Made by a program: the position numbers and the translations under genes
Assembly: GCA_964525635.1 (NCBI GenBank)
Contig: CAZGJX010000040.1
Location: 1-33,836, forward strand
DNA from: an uncultured archaeon
GTDB lineage: Archaea > Asgardarchaeota > Lokiarchaeia > Sigyniarchaeales > SOKP01
DNA length: 33,836 nt
Reading direction: 5' to 3'
The notes under the pieces: generated by a model
The model's database searches: none
What the model was told of the DNA's origin: nothing
The model's input: the letters and a program-made list of their open reading frames with translations, nothing else
Shown here: piece by piece, positions 27,573 to 33,836 of the stretch
Position numbering within the stretch: position 1 is the first letter of the stretch
Layout: every line of letters starts with the position of its first letter

Positions 27573-29999
27573 TTGAATAATATAAAATTAACAATAGGTT
27601 GTATTTTAGGTCAAGTTGATGAGGATTATCAACAAAAACTAAGCAAAGGTATTTCTGAATATTGTAGACAAAAAAATATTAGTTTAATCTATTACTCTGG
27701 GAGACCATTAAATATACCGAATAAATTTCAAGCTCAATGTAATATTATATTCGATTTAATAAATCCAGATATTGTTGATGGATTGATTATTTTTACGTGT
27801 GCTATTGGTAATTATGTTAGTAGTGAAGAACTTCATAAATTTTTATCTAGATATAGAGAATTACCATGCGTTAGTATATCTATGAAAATAGATAAAATGC
27901 ATAGTATAATTGCAGATAATAAGAAAGGGATGTATGATGCTGTAATCCATATTATTGAAAAACATGATACGAAGCGAATTGCGTTCATTAGAGGACCTGA
28001 AAGTAATTTTGAGGCTCAAGAACGTTTTTCAGCATATAAAAGTGCTTTAAAAGAAAAAAATATCCCTTATGATCCCGATCTAATAATTTCAGGAACATTT
28101 CTTGAGCATGATGGAATTGAAGCAGTAAAAACATTGCTAGATGAGAGAAATGTTGTCTTTGAAGCACTTGTAGCATCGAATGATGAAATGGCGCTAGGAG
28201 CGCTATTAGAATTACAGAAAAGAGGCTATATTATCCCAGATGATATTATTATTATAGGATTTGATGATTTACTAAAAAGTGATATTTCAAATCCTCCATT
28301 AACAACCATACAACAACCTTTTCATCAATTAGGTAGAAAGGCAAGTGATATAATATTTAAATTAATTAATAAAGAAGAAGTTCCAAAATTAGAAATTCTT
28401 CCAACAAAACTTATTATTCGTAGATCTTGTGGATGTTTTCAAACAAGTATTAGTCAAGCATCAGTAGATGAAGTATTAAATTCTACTCCATTTGAAGACG
28501 AATTAATGGAATTAGAATATGAAGTTTTAATAAAAATTCAAAAGACTATTAAATCTAAAAATACTACAACAGAAATTAAAAATATAAAAGAATTAAATCA
28601 TACTTTTCTAAAGGAAATTAAAAACAATCAAGAAAATCTTTTTCTGGAGCAATTTGATAAAATATTAAGTGAATCAGCATTAACTGAGAGTGATCTAAAT
28701 AAATGGAACGATATTATATCAGAGTTTCGACGTCATTATCTTCCTTATATTATTTCAAATAAAGAATTATTAATTCGATCAGAAAATATATGGCACAAAT
28801 CAAGAATAGTTATTGGAGAAGCAATAAAACGGATACAATCATTTAAACACTATTTAAATGATAAAAGATTATGGTTTTTTTTATCAGCAATAGAATCCTT
28901 TATGGTAGCTCATGAAACTTCAAATTTAATGAAAACAATTGTTCAAGAAATTCCAATGTTAGGGATAAAAACTTGTTATTTATCCCTGTATGAAAAAACA
29001 GATAAAACAATTTCAAAATGGTCTAGAATGATTCTACATTTTAATGATGAAATGCTTTATGAAGTAAATATGAAACCATTAAAAAACCGCTTTTTATCAA
29101 ATAAACTTGTTCCTCCTGATTTGATGCCAAAAACACGGCGCTATGAGTGGGTGGTTGAAGCATTAAGATCTAAGGACGAAAAACAATATGGATTTATCGT
29201 TCTTGAACCTAAAGAAAATATGATTGTTCATTTCAGTAATATTAGTTTATATATAAGTGCGGCTCTAGAAGAAGCTTTCCGTTTTGAAGAACGTGAAAAT
29301 CTTATGGAAAATTTAGCTAATTCTAATGCGGAATTAGAAAAATTCGCTTATATTGTATCTCATGACTTAAAATCCCCATTACATACTATTGCTGGATTTT
29401 TAGAGTTATTAAAGCACAAATTTACATCAAATCTAGACCCAGAAGCCATAGAGATAATAGATTTATGTATAAAAAGTGGAAAAAAAATGACAAATTTTAT
29501 TATGTCTCTACTTAAATATGCTAGCTTATCAACCGAAGTTGGACCTTTTAAAAAAATAGACTCTAATCAAATAATCAAGGATGTTTTAGTAAATCTAAAA
29601 TTATCTATAGATAAAACTAAAGCAATGATTACTTATGTTCAATTACCGATTGTATTAGGAGATGAAACCCAATTAACTCAATTATTTCAAAATCTTATCG
29701 ATAATGCCATTAAATTTCATGGTATTAATCCACCTAAAATTCATATAAATATTGAAGAAAATGATAAGGAATGGATTTTTTCGGTAACAGATAATGGTAT
29801 TGGAATTGATCCAAAAGATTATAAAATTATCTTTAAAATATTTCAGAGATTACACTCAGAAAAAGAATATCCTGGTACAGGTATTGGATTAGCATTTTGT
29901 AAAAAAATATTGGAACACCATAATGGACGGATTTGGATTGAATCAAAACTTAAGATTGGATCAACCTTTTATTTTTCTTTACCTAAAAATAAGTTTTAG
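27573..29999 (+). CDS. Soluble sensor histidine kinase with N-terminal LacI-type ligand-binding domain
   Basis: LacI/PBP type 1 motifs: DNKKG, IAFIRGP, ERFSAY, SNDEMALG, IPDDIIIIGFDD, PPLTTIQQP, RRSCGC. Kinase boxes: H SHDLKSPL, N NLIDNAIKF, G1 DNGIGI, F IFQRLH, G2 GTGIGLA. No TM segment or HTH. Confidence 0.93.
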   Translation: MNNIKLTIGCILGQVDEDYQQKLSKGISEYCRQKNISLIYYSGRPLNIPNKFQAQCNIIFDLINPDIVDGLIIFTCAIGNYVSSEELHKFLSRYRELPCVSISMKIDKMHSIIADNKKGMYDAVIHIIEKHDTKRIAFIRGPESNFEAQERFSAYKSALKEKNIPYDPDLIISGTFLEHDGIEAVKTLLDERNVVFEALVASNDEMALGALLELQKRGYIIPDDIIIIGFDDLLKSDISNPPLTTIQQPFHQLGRKASDIIFKLINKEEVPKLEILPTKLIIRRSCGCFQTSISQASVDEVLNSTPFEDELMELEYEVLIKIQKTIKSKNTTTEIKNIKELNHTFLKEIKNNQENLFLEQFDKILSESALTESDLNKWNDIISEFRRHYLPYIISNKELLIRSENIWHKSRIVIGEAIKRIQSFKHYLNDKRLWFFLSAIESFMVAHETSNLMKTIVQEIPMLGIKTCYLSLYEKTDKTISKWSRMILHFNDEMLYEVNMKPLKNRFLSNKLVPPDLMPKTRRYEWVVEALRSKDEKQYGFIVLEPKENMIVHFSNISLYISAALEEAFRFEERENLMENLANSNAELEKFAYIVSHDLKSPLHTIAGFLELLKHKFTSNLDPEAIEIIDLCIKSGKKMTNFIMSLLKYASLSTEVGPFKKIDSNQIIKDVLVNLKLSIDKTKAMITYVQLPIVLGDETQLTQLFQNLIDNAIKFHGINPPKIHINIEENDKEWIFSVTDNGIGIDPKDYKIIFKIFQRLHSEKEYPGTGIGLAFCKKILEHHNGRIWIESKLKIGSTFYFSLPKNKF

Positions 30000-30023
30000 T
30001 AATTTAAATATAGCTATTTACTT

Positions 30024-30776
30024 TTAAATATCTTGTATTAATCTAAATAATTTATCTTGAATTTTATTTTTAATTTCTCTTACTAAATTTGTTAAAATAT
30101 CATCAGGTAGATTTTCTAAATATTCCTTTATTTCATTTTCAATTATGTTTTCTAATTGGACTATTATATTCTCAAGTACTTGATGTTTTTTTATATATAT
30201 TTTACTGCGTTTTTTTAAATAGTCTCTATTCACTTTCTTTAACCAAGAATATCCTTTCAGCTTTATTGTTTGAATTACTCTTCTTGATTTTTCTTCATTA
30301 AAATGTGTTAGTTCATAATTAAAATTATTAATCAAAATTTCAAAATATTCTATTAAATTCGCTTCCTCATGTGAATCGAGATATGTATTTGAATTTAAAA
30401 AATAAATTATCATAAAATCATTAAACTTGAAATAAATTTGAGCTTTTATATTAGAACCCCGTATTTCAAGAAGAGAAAGATTTTTAATATTAGTTTGACT
30501 AGCAAATGTTTTAAATGAACTAAAATACATAGAAATTAAATCAATTTCTAATAAATTAACATCATCCCCACTTAAATAAGATTTTATTTTACCATATTTA
30601 TCATTATTTTCTGAATTATATTCAAAAACTAAAATTGTATTTCCAAACTGATCTGCTAATATGACTCCAATTATGGGGGGTATTTCATGGAAATTATTTG
30701 AATAATTTTCAATTTTAATTAATTTCTTTTCAATCATATTATTTGTCATAATCATTTTTTTGTCGGATTCTGTCAT
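30024..30776 (-). CDS. Longin/roadblock-like N-terminal domain plus helical C-terminal domain
   Basis: IIGVILADQFGNTIL; helix DLISMYFSSFKTFASQ; strands LSLLEIRGSNIKAQIY and FMIIYFLN. This is the beta-beta-alpha-beta-beta-beta-alpha pattern of longin/roadblock folds. Confidence 0.6.
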   Translation of the reverse strand: MTESDKKMIMTNNMIEKKLIKIENYSNNFHEIPPIIGVILADQFGNTILVFEYNSENNDKYGKIKSYLSGDDVNLLEIDLISMYFSSFKTFASQTNIKNLSLLEIRGSNIKAQIYFKFNDFMIIYFLNSNTYLDSHEEANLIEYFEILINNFNYELTHFNEEKSRRVIQTIKLKGYSWLKKVNRDYLKKRSKIYIKKHQVLENIIVQLENIIENEIKEYLENLPDDILTNLVREIKNKIQDKLFRLIQDI

Positions 30777-30953
30777 TAATTCTTAAATATATTTCAATTT
30801 TTATTCTATATCATCCCCTTTAAAGCTTATATATAAATTGAACACTTGATGTTATATTTCTTAGGTATAATTCTGTATAATAACAATAATTATAAAAATA
30901 AGAGAGGGTGTTAATTTATAAAAAAAAAAATAAAATAAAAATATATAAATATC

Positions 30954-31196
30954 TTAGATTTTAGGTAATTCTAATTTATCAATGATTTTTAAAGCCTCCT
31001 CCCTTAAAATTCTTTTATATGCTCTCTTTCTATTCTGAAATTTTGTACTCTCATCTCCATTATATATATCTTTCTTGAATTTCGGTTTAAAAAAAATATG
31101 ATATGGAATTGATAATCTATGATAATTAATATTAAGGCTATAATCATCATTCTTTAGAGGTTTATATTTAGGTTTATTAAGATCTATCTTTAACAT
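30954..31196 (-). CDS. Small basic hypothetical protein (80 aa)
   Basis: ATG start preceded by SD-like AAGGTG. Lies 12 nt downstream of the RHH gene, so likely co-transcribed. Confidence 0.6.
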   Translation of the reverse strand: MLKIDLNKPKYKPLKNDDYSLNINYHRLSIPYHIFFKPKFKKDIYNGDESTKFQNRKRAYKRILREEALKIIDKLELPKI

Positions 31197-31208
31197 TTAA
31201 GCACCTTT

Positions 31209-31667
31209 TTAGATTAATTTTTTGTTTATTAATTTCCCATCTTGATAAACTATATCTAATCCTGCTTCCTTTAATTTAGAATTATGGAAAAAGACAATTT
31301 TCTTTATTGATTCTATATGCACTTTCAAGAATTTTGCTGCATCCTCTATATCTATACTAGAAATACCCTCAAACATTTTTGGCATTTGTTCCATTAATTC
31401 ATGTTCGAGAGTTAATAAATCTTTATCAACATCAATACCCTTATATGTAGTTTGTGCCACCTTTCTTAGTCCAATTAAATCGATATTCCATATATTCATA
31501 ATTTTATCGGCATTTTGCTCAACCCAATCTTCAATAATATTATTTATCACTTTTGACTTAGAGGTGCCTTTTATGCCTTCAAGATTCTTGACGAGTTTTT
31601 CATTAACCACATCTAAACTGATGGTTATTCTCTTAAACTTGTCAGAGGAAGTATCATTTGAAGACAT
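31209..31667 (-). CDS. Ribbon-helix-helix protein with C-terminal winged-helix (PCI-like) domain
   Basis: KRITISLD...LVKNL...TSKSKVINNIIEDW fits the RHH pattern. C-terminal ISSIDIEDAAKFLKV...IVYQDGKLI is wHTH-like. Confidence 0.65.
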   Translation of the reverse strand: MSSNDTSSDKFKRITISLDVVNEKLVKNLEGIKGTSKSKVINNIIEDWVEQNADKIMNIWNIDLIGLRKVAQTTYKGIDVDKDLLTLEHELMEQMPKMFEGISSIDIEDAAKFLKVHIESIKKIVFFHNSKLKEAGLDIVYQDGKLINKKLI

Positions 31668-31711
31668 TTTAATAAATCACTTTTTGTATATATATAATTT
31701 TTATGAATACA

Positions 31712-31730
31712 TTTATAAAAAGTTATGCCG
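31712..31730 (-). promoter_or_regulatory. Putative BRE-TATA promoter of the RHH operon
   Basis: Minus strand reads CGGCATAAC-TTTTTATAAA about 45 nt upstream of ATG 31667. The AT-rich background lowers certainty. Confidence 0.45.
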
Positions 31731-31863
31731 ATGATCATAAATTGTGATTACTTATATTTAAATATTGCATAAAAAGTGCACACTTAAATAGGATGTGTAT
31801 TATATATATAATATTGTTGTAATATTCAGAAATTACATCAAAAAATAAATTAAAAAGGATTGT

Positions 31864-32514
31864 GTGTATAAAATGATTGAACTAATTTCCTATAATCATG
31901 AATTATTTAATACGAAAACTAGAATAACCCTTGATTTAATTAAAGATGGTGAAGATTTCTTAAAAAAATATGAAATTAATCAAGAATTATTGATAGATAC
32001 AATTTCGATTATTTATAAATTTTTAAAAGCAATGGATAAAATTCCTCATAATTTATTTAAATTCTTTATAGCAGCATATTATATAACTTCAAGACATCCA
32101 ATGGCATTTCCTGTTCATGAATCAAAAAAAGAATTTTGTCAGAAATTTGGTTTAAAACAAAATTCTCTTGATTATTGTGTTGAGAAAATAACATTTATCT
32201 TAGAATATATAAAAATTTTAGATGATATGAATTATCCCTATTTTATTGATCCAGAGAGAGATATAGGGTTTAAATTACTCAAAAGTATTATAAATTCTGA
32301 AGTAGATAAAGCATCTATGAATTTTTTAATTTATAATCAACCTATAAATTCACAAATCTTAAGTGAAAGATTAGTTAGCAAAATTAGCAATGAAATCAAA
32401 CTTTTTCCCGAAGAACTACTTCGTCAATATTTCGAAATCATTAGTCAACTTGTTGAAAAAAAACTTGATGATTATTATCAATATGTAAGTTTACAAAAAG
32501 AATTTTTTATTTAA
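31864..32514 (+). CDS. Helical protein with TFB/TFIIB-like cyclin-fold repeat
   Basis: FLKKYEINQELLIDTISIIYKF...FFIAAYYITSR...SKKEFCQKFGLKQNSLDYCVEKI follows the helix spacing of a TFB repeat (AAxxYxACR...TLxEIA). No Zn ribbon. Confidence 0.5.
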   Translation: MYKMIELISYNHELFNTKTRITLDLIKDGEDFLKKYEINQELLIDTISIIYKFLKAMDKIPHNLFKFFIAAYYITSRHPMAFPVHESKKEFCQKFGLKQNSLDYCVEKITFILEYIKILDDMNYPYFIDPERDIGFKLLKSIINSEVDKASMNFLIYNQPINSQILSERLVSKISNEIKLFPEELLRQYFEIISQLVEKKLDDYYQYVSLQKEFFI

Positions 32515-32883
32515 TTTATTTTAATATAAATTTATTATTTCTTTTTTTTTAAAAGATCCTATTAAGTCTTTTACGGCAAAATACTATTGCAATTATATTT
32601 AATTTATATAAATCTTAATTTTTATGAATTTACCCAACCCTGTTATTAAAAAAAAAGATTATTACCAAAATATTCAAATTTTGGTAATAAATTATTTTAA
32701 TGTTATAAAAAAAATAGATATTTTATTATAAAAATGTTTGTATAATATCTTCTAAAAATAAATTAATCTAAAATTCTTCTTTTATTTCTTAATATATAAA
32801 AAGAAATCCTAATTATCTTATAAAATCTTAATTAATTATCTTAATGGAAAGAACTGTTTTGATATAATAGAAATAAAAAAGAG

Positions 32884-33750
32884 CTATTTTGGATTTTTAG
32901 CTTTGTTGTATAAGTTTAATTCCTTAAGAATAGAATATGTCTTTGAAAATAGTCCCAATATGAGACTTACTTCTTTTTTAGACATCATAGCTCTTTCAAA
33001 AATATTTTTAAATGCAACAATTACCTTTTTTTTTTTATATTTTCTAATTCTTAATTTTTTTATTATCTTTCTTACTAATTGATAGAGAATTATTTTGTCT
33101 TCTTTATCTGCTAATAGAACTGGTTTTTTCCCTCTACCAATATTAATTATATTTAAATTTTTAAATATCTCATACATTATAATTCCACATGCATGTGAAA
33201 GATTTAAAGTTGGATAAACTTTGCTGGCTGGAATTCTTAAAACAATATCAGTTAATTGGATTTCTTCATTTGTTAATCCTCGTGATTCTCTTCCATATAA
33301 TATTGCTATTTTCAATGGTTTTATAGAAATCGGAATCTGAAAATCTTGGGGAAATATGGCTAATCGATCTAAGTTTGAATAATTGCTACCTTTTGCTGTT
33401 GTACCTAATATTAAATCAAATTTTTTAAGATATTCTTTTAATTGATTAATATATTCGTTCTGATTCTTTACTCTAATAATCTCTGAATCTAAAAGTATAT
33501 CCTTAGCATGCATTGCATAACCTTGTGTTTCATAACTATAAATATTTTCAATAGTTTCAATTGGATTAAATATAACCAATTGTTTGAAATCAAAATTCTT
33601 CATTATTCTACAAATTGAACCTATATTTCCAGCATTTTCTGATTGAACAAGAATAATTGTAAAGGATATATTTTGATATTTATTATTTATGTGAGTTTCC
33701 TCAAAGGCATTTAAATCACGTAATTGTTTTTTTTTATCCAATTTTATCAC
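32884..33750 (-). CDS. trmJ: tRNA 2'-O-methyltransferase, TrmJ family (SPOUT)
   Basis: ILVQSENAGNIGSICRIMKNF, AMHAKDIL, GTTAK, YGRESRGLTNEE, IPASKVYPTLNLSHACGIIMYE. Confidence 0.9.
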   Translation of the reverse strand: MIKLDKKKQLRDLNAFEETHINNKYQNISFTIILVQSENAGNIGSICRIMKNFDFKQLVIFNPIETIENIYSYETQGYAMHAKDILLDSEIIRVKNQNEYINQLKEYLKKFDLILGTTAKGSNYSNLDRLAIFPQDFQIPISIKPLKIAILYGRESRGLTNEEIQLTDIVLRIPASKVYPTLNLSHACGIIMYEIFKNLNIINIGRGKKPVLLADKEDKIILYQLVRKIIKKLRIRKYKKKKVIVAFKNIFERAMMSKKEVSLILGLFSKTYSILKELNLYNKAKNPK

Positions 33751-33836
33751 TTTTTTTATTTTTCATTAAGAACTTTAATTGATTGCTATTAATCATTAAA
33801 TTAAGACTATTATTAAATTAAATTTTATTTTTATGC

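Noticed and set aside
27988-28176. 62-aa minus-strand ORF
   Set aside because: Antisense to the histidine kinase; no support.
30089-30301. 70-aa hydrophobic plus-strand ORF
   Set aside because: Its hydrophobicity reflects T-rich antisense of a Lys/Glu/Asn-rich gene.

Overview
Very AT-rich archaeal chromosomal window with 28 supportable CDS. I saw no rRNA, tRNA, CRISPR array or transposase. The gene content points to an Asgard archaeon, most likely Lokiarchaeia/Promethearchaeota (inference): archaeal TBP and MetRS, two IPGF-TM-basic 'Loki-CTERM'-type surface proteins, two roadblock/LC7 proteins and a longin/roadblock-like protein. The strongest leads are: (1) a vWA protein with two C4HC3 RING-type fingers that resembles both TFIIH p44/Ssl1 and proteasome Rpn10; (2) an overlapping gene pair supplying exactly three [TM-hairpin + left-handed beta-helix] units, matching the polymerising module of poly-amino-acid synthetases (Pls/PosA) but with no adenylation or carrier domain; (3) a highly divergent RtcB-fold enzyme with remodelled active-site motifs; (4) a metG whose HIGH-motif N-terminus has no in-frame ATG/GTG/TTG; (5) a divergently transcribed locus encoding an RHH-winged-helix protein and a TFB-like cyclin-fold protein. 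All family assignments come from motif recognition by eye and from memory of reference sequences; no searches were run.
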